53,302 bases of DNA. Source: Actinomycetota bacterium. GTDB taxonomy: Bacteria; Actinomycetota; UBA4738; HRBIN12. This document shows positions 22,580 to 31,788 of this stretch, one piece after another (position 1 is the stretch's first letter; every line of letters begins with the position of its first letter). The position numbers and the translations under genes are program-made. Below the pieces are notes generated by a model, which did no database searches, was not told where the DNA came from, and was given only the letters and a program-made list of their open reading frames with translations. The stretch lies in NCBI GenBank assembly GCA_036519575.1, contig DATDKZ010000057.1, forward strand, positions 1-53,302. Reading direction: 5' to 3'.

Positions 22580-22589
22580 CGGCGCACGC

Positions 22590-23090
22590 TCACGGGCGAA
22601 CGCCGTCTGGGAGCTGCTCGGCCAGTCCTCGCAATCGCCTTTGGTATTCGGGCCCGTTCACGTCGTCGACCCACATGACGAGGGCGTCCTCGTTCACCTC
22701 CTGGTAGTAGTTCTTGCGGACGCCGACCGGTCGGAACCCGAACTTTCCGTATAACCGCTGCGCGCCGTAGTTCGAGACGCGGACCTCCAGGGAGACGGCC
22801 TGCGCGCCGGCCGCAACCGCATTCTGGATGAGGTCGTGCAGCAAGCGCATCCCGATCTTGTTGCGCTGGTGTTCGGGGTCGACGGCGATGTTCGTGACGT
22901 GGGCCTCTTCACCATACGCGATGAGGCCGCCGTACCCCACGATCTCCTTGTCCATCCGGGCCACGAGGTAGCACCGGTTCCGGGTCTCGGCCATCTCCGA
23001 GAGGAACAGGTTGGGACTCCACGGTCGAGGGTAGACCTGGCGCTCGATGGCCATCACGCCGCGCAGATGGCGGCGGCGCATCCGGGTCAC
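22590..23090 (-). CDS. rimI: Ribosomal-protein-alanine N-acetyltransferase RimI (GNAT)
   Basis: GNAT motifs AHVTNIAVDPEHQRNKIGMRLL and YGKFGF. I chose the GTG at 23090, just downstream of the tsaB stop. The track ORF extends to ATG 23138, which would be a 47-nt overlap and remains an alternative. Confidence 0.8.
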   Translation of the reverse strand: MTRMRRRHLRGVMAIERQVYPRPWSPNLFLSEMAETRNRCYLVARMDKEIVGYGGLIAYGEEAHVTNIAVDPEHQRNKIGMRLLHDLIQNAVAAGAQAVSLEVRVSNYGAQRLYGKFGFRPVGVRKNYYQEVNEDALVMWVDDVNGPEYQRRLRGLAEQLPDGVRP

Positions 23091-23091
23091 C

Positions 23092-23799
23092 TCAAGCCGT
23101 GGCGCCTCGGGCTCGCTGATCCCAAGCGATCTCCGCATCCGACTTCCTCAGGTAGAGCGGCAACACCTCGAATGATCGGTCGGTCTCCTCCCGGATGAAG
23201 CGCGGGACGGCCAGCTCGACCATCTCCGACGCCTCCGGGTAGGCCTGCGGGGACGATGCGAACTCTACCCCGGCCCCGACCGCCTCGAACTCCTTCCGAT
23301 ACAGGATGGCACCGTTCCCCACGAGCAGCACCTCTTCCCGGGCCGCCTCCAGCTCGGCGGCCAGATGACCGGGCGGGGCCACCCCGTACTCGCCCAACCG
23401 CATCACGCCCCCCGGAACTCCCCGGTACAGCGCGTAGAACACCTCGCCTCGCCGGGCATCGATCGCGGCCCCGATGAGCCGGCTCGTGTAGCGGACCCCG
23501 AAGGCCAGGACGTCGAGCGAGGGGATGCCCACGATGGGGACCGAGAGCACCTGGGCCAGCGTCTTGCCGGTCGCCACGCCCACCCGCAGCCCGGTGAACA
23601 GGCCGGGGCCCACGCCAACTGCGACACCGCCCACGTGTGACAAGTCGACGCCCGTCCATTCCAGCAGGTGCTCGAGGATTGGGACCACCTGGTCCTGCCG
23701 CGCCTGGGACGCGAGCTGCACGGAAGCCATCACGCCCTGCTCGGTGCCGAGGGCAACGGAAGTCTGTGGGGTCGACGTCTCGATGCCGAGGACGATCAC
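23092..23799 (-). CDS. tsaB: tRNA threonylcarbamoyladenosine biosynthesis protein TsaB
   Basis: GTG 23799 overlaps the tsaE stop (GTGA). (M)IVLGIETSTPQTSVALG...VGVGPGLFTGLRVGVATGKTLA. Confidence 0.88.
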   Translation of the reverse strand: MIVLGIETSTPQTSVALGTEQGVMASVQLASQARQDQVVPILEHLLEWTGVDLSHVGGVAVGVGPGLFTGLRVGVATGKTLAQVLSVPIVGIPSLDVLAFGVRYTSRLIGAAIDARRGEVFYALYRGVPGGVMRLGEYGVAPPGHLAAELEAAREEVLLVGNGAILYRKEFEAVGAGVEFASSPQAYPEASEMVELAVPRFIREETDRSFEVLPLYLRKSDAEIAWDQRARGATA

Positions 23800-24284
23800 G
23801 CGGCTCTCCCCCACCGCTCGGTGAGCCGCTCCAGGCGCTCCCATCGGGTGGCCCATGACGGGCCCTTCCCAGTGACCACGATCCGCCGCGCGTCCTCGCC
23901 GCCCACCAGGGTGATCTCCACGAGCAGATGGTCGTCGGGCAGCAGGCCCTCGATCGCATCGCCCCACTCGACGAGCAGCAGACCGCCCTCGGCTACCATC
24001 TCTTCCAGCCCGAGGTCCAGCACGTCCTGCACCCGCTCCAAGCGGTATACGTCGACGTGGTAGATGCGCACCCGGCCTCGGTATTCGCGGACCAGGGTGA
24101 ACGTGGGCGAGGCGACCGCCCCGTCGAACCCGAGGGCGCGGGCCGCGCCCCGGACGAACGTGGTCTTGCCCGCCCCGAGCTCACCGGTGAGGGCGATAGC
24201 GTCGCCGTCCCGAAGGAGCGAGGCAACGGCCTCGCCCACCGCCATCGTGTCCTCCGGTGCTCCGGCGGTGAGCTCGAGCCGCAT
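23796..24284 (-). CDS. tsaE: tRNA threonylcarbamoyladenosine biosynthesis ATPase TsaE
   Basis: 162 aa. LTGELGAGKTTFVRG P-loop, HVDVYRL motif. Confidence 0.9.
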   Translation of the reverse strand: MRLELTAGAPEDTMAVGEAVASLLRDGDAIALTGELGAGKTTFVRGAARALGFDGAVASPTFTLVREYRGRVRIYHVDVYRLERVQDVLDLGLEEMVAEGGLLLVEWGDAIEGLLPDDHLLVEITLVGGEDARRIVVTGKGPSWATRWERLERLTERWGRAA

Positions 24285-24880
24285 CAGAACAGGCCGAGCT
24301 GTTCCTCGACCGGCTCAGGTACCTCGGCCAGCGCGCGCTTGATCTCCTGGAAGTCCGAGCGGAGCGCGACCATCTGCGTCGAGGCCTCGCCGCCGCCACG
24401 AAGGATCGCCGCAGGATGGAACGTCGGGATGATCGTGCGCCCTTCCTGGGGGAACCGCTGGCCCCGGACCCGGCTGATCGATACCGGTTTGTCCAGCATG
24501 AACCGGGTGGCGAAGTTCCCGAGGGTCACGATCACGCGGGGCTCGATCAAGGCGATCTGCTCGTGGAGCCACGGCGTGCACGCGTCGACCTCCTCGGGCA
24601 AAGGGTCCCGATTGCCCGGCGGCCGGCACTTGATGACGTTCGCGATGTAGACATCGCTACGCCGGACGCCGATCTCCTCCAGCATCCTGTTCAGCAGCTG
24701 TCCGGCGGCGCCCACGAACGGCTCGCCCTGCTTGTCCTCGTAGTAGCCCGGGCCCTCTCCGATGAACATCAGATCCGCATCGGCGTTCCCCGTCCCGTAG
24801 ACGACCTGGGTGCGCCCCCCGGCCAATCGGCACTTCGTGCAGGCCGAGGCCTCATGCGCCGCTTCCTGAAGTGTCCTCAT
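24284..24880 (-). CDS. Uracil-DNA glycosylase, family 4
   Basis: 198 aa. CTKCRL...LMFIGEGPGYYEDKQGEPFVGAAGQLL...YIANVIKCRPPGNRDP. Confidence 0.88.
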   Translation of the reverse strand: MRTLQEAAHEASACTKCRLAGGRTQVVYGTGNADADLMFIGEGPGYYEDKQGEPFVGAAGQLLNRMLEEIGVRRSDVYIANVIKCRPPGNRDPLPEEVDACTPWLHEQIALIEPRVIVTLGNFATRFMLDKPVSISRVRGQRFPQEGRTIIPTFHPAAILRGGGEASTQMVALRSDFQEIKRALAEVPEPVEEQLGLF

Positions 24881-25806
24881 CTCGCCTCCCCCACCGACGG
24901 CGCTCCCGGGACGCCCGTCGCCCGAAGGACCCCCCGACGGATGGACTCCGCAACGGCTTCGTTCGCCAACTGCTCCAGCAGGTCCTGCGGGGCGTCCACC
25001 TGGCCCGTCGCGAGCGTGAACACCGTGTCGCCGTCCCAGATTGTATGTGCCGGGCGTACGAGGTCCGAAATGGCCTCGTGCGCCGACCCCGCAAGCAGGT
25101 GCGCCCGTTCCTTCGACAAGCGCGCGTTGGTGGCAACCACCCCGATGATGGTGTTCGTCCAGGGCCCGTCGGGCCAGGGCGCGGTTGGCTCCAGCTCCTC
25201 CTCATCGCCGGTCGCCCCGGCGCGAACCCCTGCGAGGACCGCGCCGTCCTCCGCCAGGATCTCGCCAACGGCGTTGACGGCGAACAGCGCCCCGACGACC
25301 ACAGAACCCTCGGTGGCGGAGGCCGAGCCGATCCCTCCTTTCACCTGCCGTTCCGGTCCTCGGATCTTGGCGACCGTGGCCCCGGTCCCTGCCCCGACCG
25401 TTCCCTCCTCCACCTGGTCGGTGGCCGCGTCGCACGCTCCATACCCCTCGCTGGGTCCGGGGCGAGCCTTCGGATCCCCGATCCCCAGGTCGAACAGGGC
25501 CGCCCCGGGGACGATGGGCACCACGGCGACCCCTGCGGCGAACCCGATCCCGCGCTCCTCCAGGTATCGCATGACGCCCGCGGCCGCGCCCAGCCCGAAC
25601 GCGCTCCCCCCAGCGAGGAGGACGCCGTGCACCTCGTTCACCAACATCCCCGGCCGAAGCAGATCCGTCTCCCTGGTGGCCGGCGCTCCGCCGCGGACCT
25701 CGCCCGAACCCACCGTCCCCGGGGGGCACAGCACGACCGTGCAGCCCGTGAGGCCGTGGCGATCGGTGGAGTGACCGACCCGGATGCCCCGAACCGCGGT
25801 GATCAC
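24877..25806 (-). CDS. P1/S58 (DmpA-like) aminopeptidase family protein
   Basis: 309 aa. GIRVGHSTDRHGLTGCTVVLCP...GAPATRETDLL...LLAGGSAFGL...GTGATVAK. Confidence 0.75.
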   Translation of the reverse strand: MITAVRGIRVGHSTDRHGLTGCTVVLCPPGTVGSGEVRGGAPATRETDLLRPGMLVNEVHGVLLAGGSAFGLGAAAGVMRYLEERGIGFAAGVAVVPIVPGAALFDLGIGDPKARPGPSEGYGACDAATDQVEEGTVGAGTGATVAKIRGPERQVKGGIGSASATEGSVVVGALFAVNAVGEILAEDGAVLAGVRAGATGDEEELEPTAPWPDGPWTNTIIGVVATNARLSKERAHLLAGSAHEAISDLVRPAHTIWDGDTVFTLATGQVDAPQDLLEQLANEAVAESIRRGVLRATGVPGAPSVGEAR

Positions 25807-26849
25807 GTCGTCGTCCCCGGTCGCTTCCGAGTGGTTCGTCGGGTCAGGACCTCCGAGGAAAACCGGGCGAGCATGTCGTTGACGGCATCCGGCCGCTCCA
25901 GCATCGCCAGATGCCCCGCGCCCTCTACGATCTCCAAACGCGCGTTGGGGAGGTCACTCACCAGGATCATGGCCGCCGCGGGCGGTGTCACCCGGTCGTG
26001 GTCGCCGACCGCAACGAGGGTCGGCACTGTGACGTTCGCCAGCGCGTCTCGAACGTCGACGCCCATGAGCCTCGCCAGCCCATCGGTCCACACCTGCGAC
26101 GGCGCCCTCGCGGCCAGTCCCACCACGTGGTTCACCACCCCCGGCGGGGGGTCGGGTCCGAACTGCGTTGCCCGGGCGATCAGGGCCCCCACGTCCCCTC
26201 GACCGGCCACGACGAACCGTCGGAGGCGGTTGACACGATCCGCGGCCTGCGACAACGACCCGAGACGAGGGCGGAGCAGCCCGGTCACCGAGCCCATCAC
26301 CCCCTGCAGGAGGTTCGAAGCGGCCGTCCCGATCAGGGCCACGCCTCGAACCCTGCCGCCGAAGAGCTCGGGGCGTGTCCCGGCAGCGGCGAGCACCGCC
26401 ATGCCTCCAAGGCTGTGCCCGATCACCACCGCTCGGCGCCTTCCGATGGTCGCCTCGACGACGGCGGCCACGTCGCGACCCATCGCCGAGAGCGACAGGT
26501 CACCCGATGCCGCCGGCTCGGACCGGCCGTGCGATCGCAGGTCGAACAGGACACAGCGAAACCGGTCCGACAGGCCGGTCCATTGATGGTGCCACGTGGT
26601 CATGTCCAGGCTGAACCCGTGGACGAACACCAGCACGGGGTTCGCGGGATCCCCGGCGGCACGCACGGCGAGCTTCGTCCCGTCGAATGATCCGACGAAG
26701 CCCAGGTCGTCGGGAGGAAGCGCCGAAAGGTCCTCGTCCGCATCCTGGTCCGGTCGGCGCCGGCGGAGCACCGAGCGGGCGGCGAGGCCACCGGCCAGGG
26801 CACTCACGGCGATGCCGGCGGTGAGGGCCGCCGCGCGGCGCTTCGTCAC
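25803..26849 (-). CDS. Alpha/beta-fold hydrolase with N-terminal TM anchor
   Basis: 348 aa. VLVFVHGFSL...VIGHSLGGMAV (GxSxG nucleophile elbow). GTG start. Confidence 0.8.
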   Translation of the reverse strand: MTKRRAAALTAGIAVSALAGGLAARSVLRRRRPDQDADEDLSALPPDDLGFVGSFDGTKLAVRAAGDPANPVLVFVHGFSLDMTTWHHQWTGLSDRFRCVLFDLRSHGRSEPAASGDLSLSAMGRDVAAVVEATIGRRRAVVIGHSLGGMAVLAAAGTRPELFGGRVRGVALIGTAASNLLQGVMGSVTGLLRPRLGSLSQAADRVNRLRRFVVAGRGDVGALIARATQFGPDPPPGVVNHVVGLAARAPSQVWTDGLARLMGVDVRDALANVTVPTLVAVGDHDRVTPPAAAMILVSDLPNARLEIVEGAGHLAMLERPDAVNDMLARFSSEVLTRRTTRKRPGTTT

Positions 26850-26883
26850 TCGCCTCGCTCCGAGCCTCCGCGGTATGGCGGCC

Positions 26884-27990
26884 TCAACCCCGGTACTCCC
26901 TCGGCACCCGCTCGGAGATGCTCGTGACGACCTCGTACCCGATCGTCCCCATGATCCCGGCGAGCTCCTCCGCGGTGACCCGCTCGTCGCCCTGTTCGCC
27001 GATCAGCACGACCTCATCACCTGTTGTCACGTCCTCGTCCCCGCAGTCCACGAGGATCTGGTCCATGGTCACGGTTCCGGCAACCCGGTGCCGGCGGCCC
27101 CGGATCAGCACGTGGGCCCTGGAGGAGAGGGCGCGAGCGTAGCCGTCCTCATAGCCGACCGGTACCGTCGCCACGTTCGCGTCACCCTGGAGCCGGTATC
27201 GGTGCCCGTAGGACAACGGCTCCCCGGCGGGGAGTCGTTTCACCATGGTCACCGCAGAGCGCCAGGTGAGGGCGGGGCGAAGCCCCGCGCTCACCGACAG
27301 GCCGTTCCCGGGATCGAGCCCGTAGATCGCCACCCCCGGCCGAACCATGTCGAGGTGCGTCTCGGGATACAAGAGCGTCGCGGCACTGTTCGCGGCGTGC
27401 AGGAGTCGTGGACGGATGCCCGCTCCGCGAAGCTCGTCGTCCACGGCGATGAGCTCGCCGAGTTGGCGTCGCGTCAGGCCCCCGTCCTCCTCGGCGCTCG
27501 CGAAATGGGTCCACAGCCCGTCCAGCTCGAGGCCGGCCGCCGCCACCTGGCGGGCGAAGCCCGCGGCGGCAGCGGCCGGCCACACCCCCACCCGGTGCAT
27601 CCCGGTGTCGACCTTCACGTGGACCCCCACCCGCCGCCCGACCGCGCCGGCGGCATCGATGACGCGCGCCAGCCCGTCCAGGGTGTACAGGCTGGGGACG
27701 AGGTTGGCGGCCAGCGCCTCCTTCTCCGACCCCGACGGGAATTCTGAGAGGACCAGCAGGGGCGAGTCGATCCCATGTTCTCGGAGGCGGAGGCCCTCCT
27801 CCACCATCGCCACTCCGAGCCAGGTGGCCCCCGCGTCGAGCGCTGCCCGGGCCACGTGGGTGTCGCCGTGGCCGTAGCCGTCGCCCTTGATCACGGCCAT
27901 GAGCTCGGCGCCGGGCGGCATGAGGAGCCGAACGTTGTGCCGGACGGCGTCCAGGTCCACCTCGACGACCGTCGGACGGTACCGGATCAT
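26884..27990 (-). CDS. alr: Alanine racemase
   Basis: 368 aa. AVIKGDGYGHG (PLP Lys) and the VSYGHRY-like motif PLSYGHRY. Confidence 0.93.
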   Translation of the reverse strand: MIRYRPTVVEVDLDAVRHNVRLLMPPGAELMAVIKGDGYGHGDTHVARAALDAGATWLGVAMVEEGLRLREHGIDSPLLVLSEFPSGSEKEALAANLVPSLYTLDGLARVIDAAGAVGRRVGVHVKVDTGMHRVGVWPAAAAAGFARQVAAAGLELDGLWTHFASAEEDGGLTRRQLGELIAVDDELRGAGIRPRLLHAANSAATLLYPETHLDMVRPGVAIYGLDPGNGLSVSAGLRPALTWRSAVTMVKRLPAGEPLSYGHRYRLQGDANVATVPVGYEDGYARALSSRAHVLIRGRRHRVAGTVTMDQILVDCGDEDVTTGDEVVLIGEQGDERVTAEELAGIMGTIGYEVVTSISERVPREYRG

Positions 27991-29513
27991 TGGCCGAGGA
28001 CCTCAGCGACGGCATCGGGCACGTGCGAGAGGACGTCACCTGCCGTGGCGCCCTCGCCCTTCTCCCTTCCTGCCAGCCCCCCGGCGATCCCGTGCAGGTA
28101 GGCCCCGGCCGTGGCCGCATCCAGAGGCGCCAGGCCCCGGGCGACCAGCCCGGCAATCATCCCCGTCAGCACGTCGCCCGTCCCCCCGGTGGCAAGGGAG
28201 GGCCCGCCGGTCGGGTTGATCCGAACCCCGCCGTCCGCCGAGGCGATCACGGTTCGGCTCCCCTTCAACAGGACGGTGGCCTGGACGTCGGACGCGAGCT
28301 TTCGGGCATGGCCGACGCGGTCGGCGCCAACGTCCGCGGCGCCGATCCCCGCGAGCCTGGCGAACTCGCCCGCGTGCGGCGTGAGGATGGCATCCGCGCG
28401 GCGGTCGGCGAGCTCCGCGGTCTTGCCGGCGAAGGCGTTCAGCCCGTCGGCGTCGACGACGATCGTGACCGGACATGACCGGACAAACGACCGGATGAAC
28501 GCTGCAGTCGCTTCGTTCGTGGTCATCCCGGGACCGATGGCGACGGCGTCGGCCGAGCGCACCACCTCGTCCAGGCGGTCGGCCGCCCCGGCCACCGTGC
28601 CCGCATCCGTCGCCGGCAAGGGGATGAACGTGGCCTCCCGGAGCGCCGACTGCATCACCGGCAGGATGCCTTCCGGCACGGCCACGCTGACCAGCCCCGC
28701 GCCGGCCCGATACGCGGCCTCGCCCATCAGGCTCACGGCCCCGGTCATCAGCCTCGAGCCGCCGATCACCACCACGACGCCGGCGTCCCGCTTGTGCGTG
28801 TCCGGCGGCCGGGCGGGCAGCATGGCCGCAACGTCTTCGCCCTCCGTCAGCCCCACGTCGGCTCGCAAGAGGTCGGCCGGAAACCCGATGTCGACCACCT
28901 CGACCAGGCCGGCGTGCAGCGCCCCTGGGAGGAGCACGATCCCGAGCTTGGCTGCGCCGAAGGTGACGGTCACGTCGGCCTTCACCGCGACGCCCAACAC
29001 CGCCCCGGTCTCGCCGTTCACCCCCGAGGGGATGTCCACAGCAACCACGGGCCCGCCCCAATCGTTCAGCCTCGCGATGGCGCGCCCCCCGTCGCCCTCG
29101 GGAGAGCCACGGAAGCCGGTCCCGAAGATTGCGTCAACCGCGACGTCGGCCCGGGCCAACTCGCGCGCCAGCGTGGCCGGCGAGAACGGCCGGACACGCG
29201 CATCGGTCTCGCCCAGCCGCCGGAAGCTCGCCGCTGCAGGTTCCCTGAGCGAATCGGGCGGCTCGAGCATCACGACGGTTGCGCGGACCCCCCATTTCAC
29301 CAAGTGACGCGCGGCCACCAGTCCATCGCCGCCGTTGTTCCCCTTGCCGCACACGACGACGGCGCGGCGTCCGGAGAGGCCGCCTCCGACCGCCGTGGCC
29401 GCTCGGGCCACCTCTCGGCCTGCCCGCTCCATCAGGCTCGTTGCATCGATGCCCCGCGCCTGGCTCTCGCGATCGAGGCTCGCGGCTTCCGCCGGGGTAA
29501 GGACCGGCTTCAC
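27987..29513 (-). CDS. nnr: Bifunctional NAD(P)H-hydrate repair enzyme (epimerase/ADP-dependent dehydratase)
   Basis: GTG 29513 overlaps the acpS stop (GTGA). VVVCGKGNNGGDGLVAARHL (YjeF-N), then GPSLATGGTGDVLTGMIAG (YjeF-C). Confidence 0.88.
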   Translation of the reverse strand: MKPVLTPAEAASLDRESQARGIDATSLMERAGREVARAATAVGGGLSGRRAVVVCGKGNNGGDGLVAARHLVKWGVRATVVMLEPPDSLREPAAASFRRLGETDARVRPFSPATLARELARADVAVDAIFGTGFRGSPEGDGGRAIARLNDWGGPVVAVDIPSGVNGETGAVLGVAVKADVTVTFGAAKLGIVLLPGALHAGLVEVVDIGFPADLLRADVGLTEGEDVAAMLPARPPDTHKRDAGVVVVIGGSRLMTGAVSLMGEAAYRAGAGLVSVAVPEGILPVMQSALREATFIPLPATDAGTVAGAADRLDEVVRSADAVAIGPGMTTNEATAAFIRSFVRSCPVTIVVDADGLNAFAGKTAELADRRADAILTPHAGEFARLAGIGAADVGADRVGHARKLASDVQATVLLKGSRTVIASADGGVRINPTGGPSLATGGTGDVLTGMIAGLVARGLAPLDAATAGAYLHGIAGGLAGREKGEGATAGDVLSHVPDAVAEVLGQ

Positions 29514-29890
29514 CCGGCCACCGCCACGGCGAACGCCACGGCAAGCGCGCGCTCGTGGGTGAAGGTGATGAGGACCTGCGAGATGCCCCCGGCGTCGGCT
29601 CGCACCTTCGCATTGCCGGCGAGGACGATCGACGGGGCGCCGCTTGGATGCCGGCTCACGCTGATGTCCTGCCACCGCTTGCCTCGGTAACCACCGAGGG
29701 CCTTGATCACGGCCTCACGGGCCGCGAACCGCGCCGCGTAGGACTCGGCCGGCCTGGCTTTGCCATCGCAGTACGCGCGCTCTTCGGGAGTGAACACTCG
29801 CTCCCGCATCGTCGTGTGGTGGGCAAGGGCCCGCTCCATCCGATCGATCTCGCACACGTCCACGCCCAGCCCGACGATCTCCACAGCCAT
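29510..29890 (-). CDS. acpS: Holo-[acyl-carrier-protein] synthase
   Basis: ATG 29890. MAVEIVGLGVDVCEIDRM...AARFAAREAVIKAL. Confidence 0.88.
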   Translation of the reverse strand: MAVEIVGLGVDVCEIDRMERALAHHTTMRERVFTPEERAYCDGKARPAESYAARFAAREAVIKALGGYRGKRWQDISVSRHPSGAPSIVLAGNAKVRADAGGISQVLITFTHERALAVAFAVAVAG

Positions 29891-29915
29891 AGGGTAGCCC
29901 GGTCCGCCGAGGGAC

Positions 29916-31742
29916 CTACTCGACGGTGACGGACTTGGCCAGGTTGCGGGGCTGATCCACATCGCACCCCCGAAGCTTCGCGATGTGGTACGCGAGGAGC
30001 TGCAGCGGGACCGTCACCACCACTGGCGCCAGCAACTCGGGGGTTCGCGGCACGAACAGGACGTGCTGGGCGATCTCCCCGATGCCCGCATCCCCTTCCG
30101 TGGCCACAGCGATGACCTCCGCGCCCCGTGCCCTGACCTCCTGGATGTTCGACAGCATCTTGGGGTACACGTGGCACTCGGTTGCGACGGCCACCACCGG
30201 AACGCCCGGCTCGACCAGGGCGATGGACCCGTGCTTCAGCTCGCCGGCCGGATGCCCTTCCGCATGAATGTAGGAGATCTCCTTCAGCTTCAAGGCCCCC
30301 TCCAGCGCGGCCGGGTAGCCCGTGTGCCGCCCGATGAACAGGACGTCGCGCGCGTGCTGGTACCGCGCCGCAAGGTCCCGGACCTGCCGGTCGAGTGACA
30401 GCGTGGCTTGCACCTGCGCGGGGAGCGCGTGCATGTGCTCCACGACCTCCGCGATCTCCTCCGGAAACATCGCCACCCGAACCTGTGCCAGGTACAGCGC
30501 CGTGAGGTACAACGCCACCATCTGCGTGGCGAAGGTCTTCGTGGCGGCAACCCCGATCTCGGGACCTGCATGCGTGTACAGGACGCCGTGGGCCTCCCGG
30601 GCGAGCGAGGACCCCACCGTGTTCGTGACCGCCAACACGTGGGATCCCTGCCGGGCCGCGTGCCGGGCGGCCTCCAATGTGTCGATGGTCTCGCCGGACT
30701 GGGAGACCGCGATCGTCAGCGTGTCCGGCCCAAGGACCGGATCGCGGTACCGGAACTCCGACGCGATCTCGATCTCGACGGGCATGCGGGTCCAGTGCTC
30801 GATGGCATACTTCGCCACCATTCCGGCGTGGAACGCCGTCCCGCACGCCACAACGAACACCTTGTCCACCTCGCGGAACAGATCGGCGTCCATGTGCAGC
30901 TCGTCCAGGGACAGGAGGCCGTTCGGTCGCACTCGGCCGACGAGGGTGTCGCGGACGGCGGAGGGCTGCTCGTGGATCTCCTTCAGCATGAAATCGTCGA
31001 AGCCGCCCTTCTGCGCCTTCGCCACGTCCCACTCGACCTCGAACGGCTTGGGAAACAGCTGAGTGCCGTCGAAGTCGGAGAACGCCACGCCGTCGGCAGT
31101 GACCTCGACGACCTGGCCCTCCTCCACCGGGATCACCGATGTGGTCCGGGACAGGACCGCCGGGATGTCCGAGGCGAGGAGGGTCTCGCCGTCACCGAGG
31201 CCCACCACGAGTGGCGATGACACCTTGGCCCCCACGATCCGGGCGGGGTCGTCGAGTGAGAGCACGACGATGGCGTAGGCCCCCTCGAGCTCCTTCACGG
31301 TCGCCCGAACGGCATCGGTCAGGTCCCCACCGTCGGCATGCTCCTCGATGAGATGGGCGATGCACTCGGTGTCGGTCTCGGAGAGGAGGGTGTGCCCCCG
31401 CTTCTCCAGCCCGGCCCGGAGGTCGGCGAAGTTCTCGATGATCCCGTTGTGGATGACGGCGATCCGGCCCCCGCAATCCAGGTGGGGGTGGGCGTTCGCA
31501 TCCGTCGGCTGGCCGTGGGTGGCCCACCGAGTGTGGCCCATCCCCACGGTGCCGGAGGGTCGGTCGACCTCCAACGCCCGGACCAGTTCGTCGAGCTTCC
31601 CGGCTCGTTTGACCACCGCGAGGCGGTCGTCGAGCACGGCCACGCCGGCCGAGTCGTAGCCTCGGTACTCGAGACGCCGAAGTCCCTCGAGAATGATCGG
31701 AAGGGCCTGGTCGCGGCCGATGTAGCCGACGATGCCGCACAT
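29916..31742 (-). CDS. glmS: Glutamine--fructose-6-phosphate aminotransferase (isomerising)
   Basis: ATG 31742. MCGIVGYIGRD (N-terminal Cys nucleophile)...C-terminal LAKSVTVE. 608 aa. Confidence 0.95.
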   Translation of the reverse strand: MCGIVGYIGRDQALPIILEGLRRLEYRGYDSAGVAVLDDRLAVVKRAGKLDELVRALEVDRPSGTVGMGHTRWATHGQPTDANAHPHLDCGGRIAVIHNGIIENFADLRAGLEKRGHTLLSETDTECIAHLIEEHADGGDLTDAVRATVKELEGAYAIVVLSLDDPARIVGAKVSSPLVVGLGDGETLLASDIPAVLSRTTSVIPVEEGQVVEVTADGVAFSDFDGTQLFPKPFEVEWDVAKAQKGGFDDFMLKEIHEQPSAVRDTLVGRVRPNGLLSLDELHMDADLFREVDKVFVVACGTAFHAGMVAKYAIEHWTRMPVEIEIASEFRYRDPVLGPDTLTIAVSQSGETIDTLEAARHAARQGSHVLAVTNTVGSSLAREAHGVLYTHAGPEIGVAATKTFATQMVALYLTALYLAQVRVAMFPEEIAEVVEHMHALPAQVQATLSLDRQVRDLAARYQHARDVLFIGRHTGYPAALEGALKLKEISYIHAEGHPAGELKHGSIALVEPGVPVVAVATECHVYPKMLSNIQEVRARGAEVIAVATEGDAGIGEIAQHVLFVPRTPELLAPVVVTVPLQLLAYHIAKLRGCDVDQPRNLAKSVTVE

Positions 31743-31788
31743 GGGGGGTAGAGGGTAACAGCGCTCCGGCGATCCCCGACGAAGCGGG

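Noticed and set aside
31743-31788. Possible glmS ribozyme upstream of glmS.
   Set aside because: Only 46 nt separate the glmM stop from the glmS start, which is far too short for the ribozyme. The element is also not typical of this phylum.
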